NCBI GenBank assembly: GCA_037138135.1
Contig: JBAXIY010000001.1
Span: 1 to 53,779, forward strand
Direction of reading: 5' to 3'
Source: Verrucomicrobiia bacterium
GTDB lineage: Bacteria; Verrucomicrobiota; Verrucomicrobiia; Limisphaerales; UBA11358
DNA length: 53,779 nucleotides
A program made the position numbers and the translations under genes. The notes beneath the pieces were generated by a model. The model was not told the DNA's origin, did no database searches, and saw only the letters and a list, made by a program, of their open reading frames with translations. Positions 24,689 through 33,526 of the stretch are shown here, piece by piece (positions within the stretch are counted from its first letter, which is position 1; each line of letters starts with the position of its first letter).

Positions 24689-24964
24689 ATGTCCAAAAAA
24701 GTCCGCATCCCCACGCCGCTCCGCAAGTTGACCAACAACGAGGAGTTGGTCGAAATCAACGCCGCCAACATCGGCGACGCCATCACCGAATTGCAGTCGC
24801 GCTTCCCCGGCATCGCCGAACGCCTGATTGACGAGAAGGGCGAAGTCCGCCGCTTCGTGAACGTCTATGTGAACGAGGAAGACATCCGCTTCCTCCAAAA
24901 TCGTGCCACGCCGCTCAAGGACGGCGACGAGATCAGCATCATCCCCGCCATCGCCGGCGGCTAG
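24689..24964 (+). CDS. ThiS/MoaD-family ubiquitin-like sulfur-carrier protein (MetO/CysO/HcyS-like)
   Basis: 91 aa. The beta-grasp-like sequence ends ...DGDEISIIPAIAGG immediately before the stop, which is the hallmark C-terminal Gly-Gly. Confidence 0.85.
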   Translation: MSKKVRIPTPLRKLTNNEELVEINAANIGDAITELQSRFPGIAERLIDEKGEVRRFVNVYVNEEDIRFLQNRATPLKDGDEISIIPAIAGG

Positions 24965-24969
24965 AATTT

Positions 24970-25257
24970 ATGGCCACGCCCAAGAAAAAAATTCCGGCGA
25001 CGAAGGCTTCTTCGCCGACGCAGCAACGTTTGTGGCTGATGTATCCGCCCAAGCTGATCAAAAAGCCGTTCATCTGGGAAGTCGGCCACAAGTTCAAGGT
25101 CACCACCAACATCCGGCAGGCCACCGTGACCGATGAAATCGGCATCGTCTGCCTGGAACTCGACGGCGCCCACGGCGAAGTCGCCAAGGCCATCGCCTGG
25201 CTGGAAAAGCAGGGCGTCAACGTGGAGCCGGTGGAAATCGGCATCGTCGCCGGCTGA
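24970..25257 (+). CDS. stand-alone NIL-domain protein
   Basis: 95 aa. LWLMYPPKLIKKPFIWEVGHKFKVTTNIRQATVTDEIGIVCLELDG...AIAWLEKQGVNVEPVE matches the NIL domain pattern (C-terminal domain of MetN-type ATPases). Starts 5 nt after the carrier gene. Confidence 0.75.
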   Translation: MATPKKKIPATKASSPTQQRLWLMYPPKLIKKPFIWEVGHKFKVTTNIRQATVTDEIGIVCLELDGAHGEVAKAIAWLEKQGVNVEPVEIGIVAG

Positions 25258-25278
25258 AGCTTTTGTGGGGGACAAACG

Positions 25279-25316
25279 AACGGCGCGGAATGATTTCCGC
25301 GCCGTTTTGCTTTTCT
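25279..25316 (+). terminator. intrinsic terminator of the riboswitch-controlled operon
   Basis: Perfect 12-bp stem AACGGCGCGGAA-TGAT-TTCCGCGCCGTT followed by TTTTGCTTTTC, about 20 nt after the stop at 25257. Confidence 0.85.
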
Positions 25317-25379
25317 CTGCGGCATTAATAACTTTTCAATTTCCGGACAGACGTTAGGTTTTTGGCAGAGAGGTTGCAC

Positions 25380-26204
25380 ATGCATCGGAGAATTTTAAAA
25401 GCGTTCACGCTCATCGAACTACTGGTGGTGATTGCCATCATAGCGATTCTCGCAGCGATGTTGCTGCCCACGCTGGCCAAGGCCAAAGCCCGCGCCACGG
25501 GGGTGCAATGTCTGGGCAACTTGAAGCAGCTACAACTCGGCTGGCAAATGTATGCAGGCGACAACCACGACTTCATTCCTGGCAACCATTGGTATTCTGA
25601 GGCTGGCTTTGGTGGGTTCAGTCGGGGATCGCAAAACTGGCTGACCGGCTACGAAAATTGCATGGCGACCAACAATTCGGACAATACCAATACCGCCCTG
25701 TTTCTTGACCCGAAGTGGTCCTCGCTTGGCGCCTTTGTCAGGGAAGCCAAGGTTTATCACTGTCCTGCCAGCCGGGTGCTGGTCAAGGAAGGCAATGAAC
25801 TACTCCCGCTCGCCCGCACGGTCTCCATGAATGGCTGGATGGGCTATACGAACCAACCGGATAATCCCGGCTTCATTTCCTTCCGCAAAACAACGAGCTT
25901 CGGAAAAATGCCCGTGACCGACGCGTTTGTTTTCATGGACGAACGGGATGACAGCGTGGATGACGGATTTTTTGGCTTGGATATGGTGGATAATTACATT
26001 CGTAATTTTCCCGCAAATTTCCACGGCGGCATCGGAACCGTCACCTTTGCCGACGGCCATGCCGAGCTGCACCGGTGGCGCAGCGATGAACTTAAATCGC
26101 CGCAACAATCGGGCATTGCCACGGAATTTTATGGTGTCACGCTCGTGGCCGATGATAACGATGATTTGCTGTGGCTACGGGCGCACGGCACTCGCCCAGA
26201 ATGA
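25380..26204 (+). CDS. prepilin-type N-terminal cleavage/methylation domain protein of the H-X9-DG (DUF1559-like) family
   Basis: ATG 25380 gives [30 protein letters not shown] (type IV pilin-like leader). The C-terminal [14 protein letters not shown] contains the H-X9-DG motif. The ORF track opens earlier at TTG 25362. Confidence 0.85.
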   Translation: MHRRILKAFTLIELLVVIAIIAILAAMLLPTLAKAKARATGVQCLGNLKQLQLGWQMYAGDNHDFIPGNHWYSEAGFGGFSRGSQNWLTGYENCMATNNSDNTNTALFLDPKWSSLGAFVREAKVYHCPASRVLVKEGNELLPLARTVSMNGWMGYTNQPDNPGFISFRKTTSFGKMPVTDAFVFMDERDDSVDDGFFGLDMVDNYIRNFPANFHGGIGTVTFADGHAELHRWRSDELKSPQQSGIATEFYGVTLVADDNDDLLWLRAHGTRPE

Positions 26205-26289
26205 TGAGCAACGATAGATTACTTCTTTCGGATGATGAAGCTGCCAAGTTTATGTCGCGCCAAAAGATTTTTTCCTTAAAATCCGCCGC

Positions 26290-27357
26290 GTGTTAAAGCC
26301 GTTGATTCATTGGATGGAAAGTCAGGGCGTGTGGACGCCGTGGCTGTTCCTGGCGCTGTTCCTCGTGGCGTCGTTCCTGATGATCTGGCGGCTGGAGGCC
26401 ATGAGTGCGGGCGGCTTCGAGGGCACAGTGCTCGGCACGCTCGTGATGCCGTATTGCTCGGGCATGGGCAATTTAATTTTTGCGTTCATCCTCGGTCAAA
26501 CGGGCGGCAGCGGCGCGGACGTGATGATTAATTCACTCGTCAACAACATCACTAACATGACGCTTGTGCTCGGCTTGCCCGCAATTATCTGGGGCATCAA
26601 TGTCCTGCCGAAAGCAAAATCCGGCGCGAGCAAAAAGAAAAAATCCGAGGTCAAGCTTAAGGCCAAAACCGAGGCGAAGGTCGAAGCCAAAACCGGCGGC
26701 AAAGGTGGTAAGGAACATGAACTGAACCGGCTCTCGCTGTTGCTCACGTTGACGGCGGTTTTATTTTTCAACGGTGCGGTGTGGGCACTTGGGCGCAAAG
26801 GCAGTTTGAATTTCAATGACGGTTTGGTTTTGGTGGGATTATTTTTATTCTGGCAGGTGATCCATATTTTTGAAGTGCTCAAAGCGAACGTGCGTCAGGG
26901 TAAATCGAATTTCAACCTGATGCTGCCAGTGAATCTCGCGCTCCTCGCCGTGGGCGCGTATGCGATTTACCTCAGCACGGATTGGCTCGTCGCGTGGGTT
27001 TCGCACATTCACACCGGTTTCATCAGCGCCAAACATATCGGCTGGTTGAGCGGCTGGTTGATGGTGTTGCCGAATGCGCTGCTGGCGCTTTACTACGGCT
27101 GGCGCAAACAACCCGAAGTCGTGTATGCGTCGCAAGTCGGCGATGCGCATGTCTCCATTCCGCTTTGCCTTGGAGTTTACGCGCTGTATCACACGATGGC
27201 GATGCCAGCGTTTTTTCAGACGGGCATGTTTCTGTTGCTCGGCGCAACTGGGTTGCACATGATTTTTGTGGCGGTGTTCGGGCGATTGCCGCGCTTCGCA
27301 GGTTTTGCGCTGGTGATTGCGTATGGCTACTTTTTGAAAAAGGGCTTAATCGGCTAA
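26290..27357 (+). CDS. divergent Ca2+/cation antiporter (CaCA)-like membrane protein
   Basis: 355 aa in two hydrophobic halves joined by a Lys-rich loop (KKKKSEVKLKAKTEAKVEAK). GADVMINSLVNNITNMTLVLGLPAII resembles a CaCA alpha-repeat, but the signature GxSxPE is not conserved. GTG 26290 or ATG 26314 start. Confidence 0.5.
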   Translation: MLKPLIHWMESQGVWTPWLFLALFLVASFLMIWRLEAMSAGGFEGTVLGTLVMPYCSGMGNLIFAFILGQTGGSGADVMINSLVNNITNMTLVLGLPAIIWGINVLPKAKSGASKKKKSEVKLKAKTEAKVEAKTGGKGGKEHELNRLSLLLTLTAVLFFNGAVWALGRKGSLNFNDGLVLVGLFLFWQVIHIFEVLKANVRQGKSNFNLMLPVNLALLAVGAYAIYLSTDWLVAWVSHIHTGFISAKHIGWLSGWLMVLPNALLALYYGWRKQPEVVYASQVGDAHVSIPLCLGVYALYHTMAMPAFFQTGMFLLLGATGLHMIFVAVFGRLPRFAGFALVIAYGYFLKKGLIG

Positions 27358-27420
27358 ACCTGCGGAATGAAAGGTTGAACTTCGCCATTCTCGCCCGCTA
27401 TAATTAATGCACAAATTCTG

Positions 27421-27789
27421 ATGAGTGCGTTTCAAATCATCTTCACCCCGACCGCCGCGTCCGAGCTGGCACGGATGCCGAAAGAACTCCAGTTGCAGAT
27501 TCTCGGCGATTTTCGCGGCCTGCCGCAGCACGTCATCGGCAGCGAACTGGATGATTTCGGCAAACTGGAAAGTGATGGCCACACGCTACACCGTTTTCGC
27601 ATTGGCGATTACCGCGTTTATTTTGAGCGCCACGCGCTCGGTGTGCTGGTTCACCGTATTTTGAGCCGGCACACGTTGAAGGATTTCTTTTTCCGCTCCG
27701 GCATAAAGGTGGGCGAAGATCAGGCTCTGCAGGAAAACCCAAAGTTCTGGGAACTCATCGAGGCCGCAAAAAGTTCGGGCGCAAAATAG
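27421..27789 (+). CDS. RelE/ParE-family toxin-like protein with C-terminal extension
   Basis: 122 aa. FTPTAASELARMPKELQLQILGDFRGL...LHRFRIGDYRVYFERHALGVLVHRILSRH follows the RelE/ParE pattern (LPKE.Q..I, YR.RVGDYRVIY, V..V.HR). A ~35-aa tail follows. No adjacent antitoxin ORF. Confidence 0.7.
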   Translation: MSAFQIIFTPTAASELARMPKELQLQILGDFRGLPQHVIGSELDDFGKLESDGHTLHRFRIGDYRVYFERHALGVLVHRILSRHTLKDFFFRSGIKVGEDQALQENPKFWELIEAAKSSGAK

Positions 27790-27796
27790 TCGCGCG

Positions 27797-28483
27797 TCAG
27801 ACTTTCAAATCCGCTAGCGCGGGGTCGTGGTCGTAAGCTGCCTTCCGCATTTTCTTGATGGCCGCGCCCATGTTGCGCTGGCTGAACAGCGCCGTGCCCG
27901 CCACAAACGTATCCGCCCCGGCCCGGGCACATTCGGCGACGGTCTGGTTGTTGATGCCGCCATCCACTTCGAGACGGTAATTTAATTTTCGCTCGCGCCG
28001 CCATTGGTCGGCCTGCTGAATTTTTGGTAGACATTCGTGAATGAAACTCTGCCCACCAAAACCTGGATTCACGGTCATGACGAGCAGCAGGTCAATCTTT
28101 TCAAGGAACGGCTGGACGAGCGCGATGGGCGTGGGGGGATTGACGGCGAGCCCGACTTTCTTGCCGAGCTGTTTTATTTTCCAGATGAGCGGCAACACCA
28201 CCTCGCCCAGCTCAACGTGGATGATGATTTGATCCGCCCCGGCCTTGGCAAAAGGTTCCAGCAAGATTTCCGGTTTACCGCACATGAGATGGACGTCGAA
28301 AAAAAGCTTTTTAGCATGCGGACGGACGGCGGCGACGACGGCGGGGCCAAAGGAAATATTCGGCACGAACTGGCCGTCCATGATGTCGAGGTGCAACCAG
28401 TCAGCACCGGCGCGTTCGGCCCGCTCCGCTTCGTTTCCAAGACGGGTGAAATCGGCGGCGAGCAGTGATGGCGCAATAATCAT
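27797..28483 (-). CDS. rpe: ribulose-phosphate 3-epimerase
   Basis: 228 aa. IAPSLLAADF...GADWLHLDIMDGQFVPNISFGP, VMTVNPGFGGQSF and EVDGGIN are canonical Rpe motifs. Confidence 0.95.
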   Translation of the reverse strand: MIIAPSLLAADFTRLGNEAERAERAGADWLHLDIMDGQFVPNISFGPAVVAAVRPHAKKLFFDVHLMCGKPEILLEPFAKAGADQIIIHVELGEVVLPLIWKIKQLGKKVGLAVNPPTPIALVQPFLEKIDLLLVMTVNPGFGGQSFIHECLPKIQQADQWRRERKLNYRLEVDGGINNQTVAECARAGADTFVAGTALFSQRNMGAAIKKMRKAAYDHDPALADLKV

Positions 28484-28510
28484 GGTCAGTTTATAATTTT
28501 ATTTTTAAAA

Positions 28511-28538
28511 TTTTAAGTTTTCCGTTGGGAACTTAAAA
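28511..28538 (-). terminator. AT-rich hairpin between histidine-kinase stop and rpe start (weak terminator candidate)
   Basis: ~12-bp bulged stem (TTTTAAGTTTTCC / GGGAACTTAAAA). On the minus strand it is followed by TTTTAAAAATAAAATT. Confidence 0.3.
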
Positions 28539-28545
28539 CTAAAAA

Positions 28546-31500
28546 TCAGCTGGGATTGGCGTCGAGACAACTGCGGATGGTTTTGGTCAGCATCTGAGGC
28601 ACGTAGGGTTTCTGGAGGTAATAGATGCCGGGATCCAGCTTGAAGTCTTTCCCCAGGGTGTCGGCACCATAGCCACTGGTAAAAACCACCTTCATCTTCG
28701 GATCATCCTGCCAAATGCGATTTGCCACATCGCGGCCGTTCATGCCGCCAGTCATGATGACGTCGGTGAAGACGAGCTTGATTTCGTTTTTATATTGCGC
28801 CCATATTTCCAGCGCGCTGGGGCCGTCCACTGCTTCAAAAATGCGGTAGCCATGCCGGCGAAGTTCGCGGGAAACGAAGTCGCGCAGATCGCGTTCGTCC
28901 TCAATCACAAGAATGGTCTCGGTGCCACCGCGCTGACGAAATTGGGTTTCGACTTTTTCTGGTTCCGCCACCGGCAGGTTGGTGGCGGGTAGAAAAATGT
29001 GAAAGGTTGTGCCCTGATTCAATACGCTTTCCACCTGCACCCAGCCGCCGTGCTGCTTGACGATGCCGAAGACAGTGGCGAGCCCGAGGCCCGTGCCCTT
29101 GCCCAGTTCTTTGGTGGTAAAAAACGGTTCAAAAATACGCGACAGATTTTCCGGCGGGATGCCGCAGCCGCTGTCGGTATGGCTCAGGCAGACGAATTTG
29201 CCGGGGCGCGCATCCAGCACGGACGCAGCGTAATTCGCATCAATGTTCCGCCGGCTCACACGTAGGGTGAGCTGACCGCCGTGCGGCATGGCATCGCGCG
29301 AATTAACGGAGAGGTTCAAAAGGATTTGTTCCATCATGCCTGGATCCGCCTCCACCACGGCCTGCTCACCGCTAAAATTAATCTGGAGAGAAACATCCTC
29401 GCCCAACAGCCGCCCCAGCATCTCGGATATGCCGCTGACAAGCTGATTCAAGTCAATGGGACGCGGATTGGCGACCTGCTTACGCCCGAAGGCGAGCAGT
29501 TGGCGCGTCAAGCCGGCGGCGCGTTCAGAGGCTTGCTTGATCTGCTGCGCAGAAACCAGCGCCTTGGGATCCAGCGCTTGCATGGTGAGCAAGGTGGCGT
29601 GGCCGAGTATAACCGTGAGAATGTTGTTGAAATCGTGCGCAATACCGCCGGCGAGTTGACCAATGGCTTCCATCTTCTGGGATTGGCGCAATTGCTCCTC
29701 CAATTTTTTTTGCTCGGTGAGGTTGCGGAACAGACTCAATAATAAACGCGGTTGGCCACCGAGCTCCACATAGGAATCCGTAATTTCAAACACCACCGCG
29801 CGGCCGTCGTGGAGCACAAAGTCCCTGGTTCGTTTGCCTACCTGTTGGCCTGACTTAAAATTCTCCCGGTGGGCCACCAACATTTTTTCCCAGTCGTTAT
29901 GACCATCGTAAATAACCGTGAACGGTTTGCCCTCAAGTTGCTTCATAGACAATCCAACCAGTTGGCAGAAGGCGTCATTGATCGCCACAATGTTACCGCT
30001 TTCATCCGTGAGGCGCATGCCGTCCACGGAATTTTCCCAGACCGAGCGGAACAAGGATTCCGAACTGCGCCGGGCTGTTTCCACCGCCAACCTTTCGGAA
30101 ATGTCACGGACATGAAACAGCAATGCCGGCTGGCCATCAAATTCCACGCGCACCACACGGATTTCCACCGGCACAGCGCGGCCGTCGGCGCGGCGGCTCT
30201 CGCTTTCGACCCAGGAAATTTGACCAGACACCAACTGGTGAAACTCGGCCTGCACTTTTTCGCGCCGTTCAAATGGCACTAGTTCATCGATGGCGTTTTT
30301 GCCAATCAACCAATCCCGCGACACCCCATGTAGACGGCACGCCGCTGAGTTCACGTCCAGCACGTTGCCCTGCATATCCTCCACAAAGATGGCATCGGGC
30401 GAGTTTTCAAAAAGTTCCCGGAAGCGACGTTGGCTATGGCGTAATTCTTCCTCGGCCCGCACGCGTTCCAAAGCGCCGCTGCATTGATCCGCCAGCGTCT
30501 GGAGCGTATGTAAATCTCCGGTCGAATAATTCCCAGACATCCGACTCTGAATGAACAGCACGCCAATGACATGCTCACCTCGGCGGATTGGCGCGATCAT
30601 CGTAATGCCATCTTTATCGCCAGTCTCATTCGCCGAAATCAATTCCGCTCCACGCGCCATGACCCGCTGCACTAGCGCGTTGGCTGTCTTGGGCTGGGGT
30701 GAAGCGGGAATTTCCACACGCTGCCCCTCGATGGTGGTGATTGTCAGGAGCGAAACCACTTCGTCCTTTTCCGCATCAAACAGATCGAGCGCAAAATCGT
30801 CCCAATGAAACAATTCATCCGCCGCCTCGCAGATGAACATTGCCGCCGTGGAGGGAATGCTGACGGCGCTCAATTGATGACTCAACTTGCCGAAGACAGA
30901 ATTGTGATGCGCCGTCCGCCGACGTTCCGTCACATCCGTGGCCATGGTCAATGCGCAGAGCCGACCACGAAAAGCGAGCGGCGTCCAGATGACCTCCATG
31001 TCCATTGGCCGGCCGGATTTATGCCGGTGACGCCACACGATTCCCTGACTCTCGGCGTCCCAGACTGAATTATTATCGTGGCGATCACGTTCCGGCATCC
31101 GAAGATCCACCAAGGTCATTTCTAAAAACTCTGCCTGACTGAATCCGTAATGATTGATGGCCGACTCATTGACTTCTACAATCGCCAGCGATTCCAAGTC
31201 AAATACCCACATCGGATGCGGATTGCCATGGAATAACAGCCGATATTGTTTTTCACTCTGACGTAAATCGGACTCTGCCGCCGCGCGCCGCGCCCGTTCG
31301 GTCGCCTCGGCAACCGCCCGGAGAATGGACGACGGCAACCGCTCGCGATTTTGTTTGAGCACATAATCCGTCGCGCCCGCCTTGAGACTTTCAATCGCAG
31401 CCAGTTCGCCAATTGTGCCGGACAACAAGATGAACGGCGTCGTCGGCATTATATCACGCACCAGCTTGAGCGCTTCGATGCCGGTAAAGTTTGGCAACCG

Positions 31501-31677
31501 GAAATCAGCCAGAATTAAATCCCATTTTTCCTTTGGCAGCAGCTCGAGAAATTCCGCCCGCCCCGTCGCCAGCGAAACCATCGCCGCCACGCCCTCGTGC
31601 GCCAGTTGGTCGCGCACCAGCTGCGAATCCACCGGATTATCCTCCAGATGCAGAATGCGGAGCGGTTTTTCGTTCAT
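28546..31677 (-). CDS. hybrid sensor histidine kinase / response regulator (REC-PAS/GAF-PAS-PAS-HisKA-HATPase-REC)
   Basis: 1043 aa. N-terminal receiver ([10 protein letters not shown]...LILADFRLP). Several PAS-like blocks. H-box [14 protein letters not shown]. ATPase G-boxes ([14 protein letters not shown]). C-terminal receiver (ILVIEDE...[10 protein letters not shown]). Confidence 0.9.
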   Translation of the reverse strand: MNEKPLRILHLEDNPVDSQLVRDQLAHEGVAAMVSLATGRAEFLELLPKEKWDLILADFRLPNFTGIEALKLVRDIMPTTPFILLSGTIGELAAIESLKAGATDYVLKQNRERLPSSILRAVAEATERARRAAAESDLRQSEKQYRLLFHGNPHPMWVFDLESLAIVEVNESAINHYGFSQAEFLEMTLVDLRMPERDRHDNNSVWDAESQGIVWRHRHKSGRPMDMEVIWTPLAFRGRLCALTMATDVTERRRTAHHNSVFGKLSHQLSAVSIPSTAAMFICEAADELFHWDDFALDLFDAEKDEVVSLLTITTIEGQRVEIPASPQPKTANALVQRVMARGAELISANETGDKDGITMIAPIRRGEHVIGVLFIQSRMSGNYSTGDLHTLQTLADQCSGALERVRAEEELRHSQRRFRELFENSPDAIFVEDMQGNVLDVNSAACRLHGVSRDWLIGKNAIDELVPFERREKVQAEFHQLVSGQISWVESESRRADGRAVPVEIRVVRVEFDGQPALLFHVRDISERLAVETARRSSESLFRSVWENSVDGMRLTDESGNIVAINDAFCQLVGLSMKQLEGKPFTVIYDGHNDWEKMLVAHRENFKSGQQVGKRTRDFVLHDGRAVVFEITDSYVELGGQPRLLLSLFRNLTEQKKLEEQLRQSQKMEAIGQLAGGIAHDFNNILTVILGHATLLTMQALDPKALVSAQQIKQASERAAGLTRQLLAFGRKQVANPRPIDLNQLVSGISEMLGRLLGEDVSLQINFSGEQAVVEADPGMMEQILLNLSVNSRDAMPHGGQLTLRVSRRNIDANYAASVLDARPGKFVCLSHTDSGCGIPPENLSRIFEPFFTTKELGKGTGLGLATVFGIVKQHGGWVQVESVLNQGTTFHIFLPATNLPVAEPEKVETQFRQRGGTETILVIEDERDLRDFVSRELRRHGYRIFEAVDGPSALEIWAQYKNEIKLVFTDVIMTGGMNGRDVANRIWQDDPKMKVVFTSGYGADTLGKDFKLDPGIYYLQKPYVPQMLTKTIRSCLDANPS

Positions 31678-31775
31678 TTGCGGGTCAGATACAGAAAATT
31701 ATTCCGCACAAGCAAACACCCTGCCGCGCAAAAGTAAAGCGGGATGATTGCAGCACCTTGACCATTTTTTCGCCG

Positions 31776-31803
31776 TTGACATTCCCGCTTATTTCATTAG
31801 GCT
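31776..31803 (+). promoter_or_regulatory. candidate sigma-70-type promoter for rpsT
   Basis: TTGACA (31776-31781), a 16-nt spacer, then TAGGCT (31798-31803), about 40 nt upstream of the rpsT ATG. Confidence 0.3.
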
Positions 31804-31843
31804 CTCCGGCTCTTTAGCAAATCAATTGATCGATTTATAAATT

Positions 31844-32125
31844 ATGCCGAACACTAAGTCAGCCGAACGCCGGATGCGTAACAGCCAACGCAAAAACCTC
31901 CAGAACAGCCGCGTCAAATCCAAGTTGCGCCGCACCGAGAAAGAATTCCGCGCCGCCGTCGTCGCTGGCAAAACCGAGGATGCCATCAAGCTCCTCCCCG
32001 GCGTTCACTCCGCTTACGACAAAGCTGTGAAAGTTGGGGCCATTACCCGCCCCACCGCCAACCGCAAGAAATCACGCTTGGCCATCTCCATAAAGGCTGT
32101 CCAGCCGGTCGCCAAGAAAAAGTAA
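31844..32125 (+). CDS. rpsT: 30S ribosomal protein S20
   Basis: 93 aa. MPNTKSAERRMRNSQRKNLQNSRVKSKLRR... is the characteristic basic S20 N-terminus. Confidence 0.95.
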   Translation: MPNTKSAERRMRNSQRKNLQNSRVKSKLRRTEKEFRAAVVAGKTEDAIKLLPGVHSAYDKAVKVGAITRPTANRKKSRLAISIKAVQPVAKKK

Positions 32126-32145
32126 CCGTCGCTCTCGTAATCTCT

Positions 32146-32195
32146 TTACCCGCACGCCGTGGCGATAACGCTACCTGTGCGGGTAATTTTAGTTT
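32146..32195 (+). terminator. intrinsic terminator after rpsT
   Basis: 10-bp stem TTACCCGCAC / GTGCGGGTAA with a 21-nt loop, followed by TTTTAGTTT. Confidence 0.6.
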
Positions 32196-32258
32196 ACACC
32201 GGCTCCTCGTTTACGGCTGACAACATCATCCCCGCCTGGCTTTTGTTTTTCAGCCGGA

Positions 32259-33494
32259 TTGCTATTCTCCCTGCCCGTGTTTAAAGCGTTGCGCAAAGCC
32301 GAGTATGCCGAGCTGATGATTCTATTTTTCATCCAAGCCTCCGGCATGGCTATCTGGTTCGTGCCGCTCGGCAGCATCCTAGACGCACACGGACTGAACG
32401 TAATCAAACCCTACGCTTTTGCCGCTTCCGCTCTGGCCGCTTTCATTTCGCCGTTGGTGTTTGGGGCAATGGCTGATCGCCATGTCTCACCCGCCACCAT
32501 CTTGCGCTGGCTCGCACTGGCTACCGCCACGCTCATGGTTTTCATCAGCACCGCGATTCAACATTCCTGGAATGCATGGCTGATTTTGCTTCTAATCCAG
32601 ATTTTCTATCTCGCCTATGCCCCGATGTTCAGCATTTCCACGGCGCTCGTGTTTGCCCGATTGGAGGATGCCAAAAAAGAATTTGGCGCCGTCCGTGCGC
32701 TCGCCACCTTCGGCTGGATGTGTGGTGCACTTCTCATCGGCGCGCTGAGTCTCGACCGCTCCACGAATGCCGGCTATCTCGGTGCTGGTGTCTGGCTGCT
32801 GGTGGCCGCGTTCACATTTTTCCTGCCGACGCTAGAAATCCCGTCTGCCGCCGCCCATTTATCTTGGCACGAACGTCTTGGCCTCGACGCCCTTAACCTG
32901 CTGAAAAACCGGGACGTGCGCGTCATCTTCATTGTCACCACGCTGTTCAATATTCCCATTGCGGCCTTTTATCCGTATGCACCGACGCATTTGCACGACC
33001 TCGGCTTCAGCCATACCAGCGCGTGGATGAGTCTGGCGCAAGTCACCGAACTCTTTGCCATGTTCAGTCTAGCGTGGTTGCTGGTGAACCGGCGGTTGAA
33101 ATGGATTTTTGCCAGCGGCCTAATCCTCGGCGTGGTGCGGTTTGCCTTTAGCGCCATGGACACAAAAACCTCGCTACTGGTCGGCGTGGCGTTGCACGGC
33201 GCATCCTTCGTATTGGTGTTCATCACGGCGCAAATCTTCCTCGACCAAAACATCGCACCGGACTGGCGCAACCGGGCGCAAGCCTTGCTGACCTTGCTAA
33301 ACGGTGGAGTGGGCAACCTCACAGGCTACCTCGGCAGCGGCTGGTGGTTCAACGCCTGCACCACGTCCGGCCACACAGACTGGCGGCTGTTCTGGGGAAT
33401 GTTGTCCGCCGCCGTAGCAACCGCGCTGGGGTATTTTCTGCTGGCGTTTCGCGACAGCGGAATCCGACAATCTAAAATCAATTCCTCGCCGTAG
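32259..33494 (+). CDS. MFS transporter (nucleoside:H+ symporter-like subfamily)
   Basis: 411 aa with ~12 helices. The N-terminus AEYAELMILFFIQASGMAIWFVPLGSIL is reminiscent of Nuc_H_symport-type MFS proteins. TTG start at 32259; GTG 32277 is an alternative. Confidence 0.75.
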   Translation: MLFSLPVFKALRKAEYAELMILFFIQASGMAIWFVPLGSILDAHGLNVIKPYAFAASALAAFISPLVFGAMADRHVSPATILRWLALATATLMVFISTAIQHSWNAWLILLLIQIFYLAYAPMFSISTALVFARLEDAKKEFGAVRALATFGWMCGALLIGALSLDRSTNAGYLGAGVWLLVAAFTFFLPTLEIPSAAAHLSWHERLGLDALNLLKNRDVRVIFIVTTLFNIPIAAFYPYAPTHLHDLGFSHTSAWMSLAQVTELFAMFSLAWLLVNRRLKWIFASGLILGVVRFAFSAMDTKTSLLVGVALHGASFVLVFITAQIFLDQNIAPDWRNRAQALLTLLNGGVGNLTGYLGSGWWFNACTTSGHTDWRLFWGMLSAAVATALGYFLLAFRDSGIRQSKINSSP

Positions 33495-33526
33495 GAACTA
33501 ATCTTTCCAGCGGCGATGAAACCATT

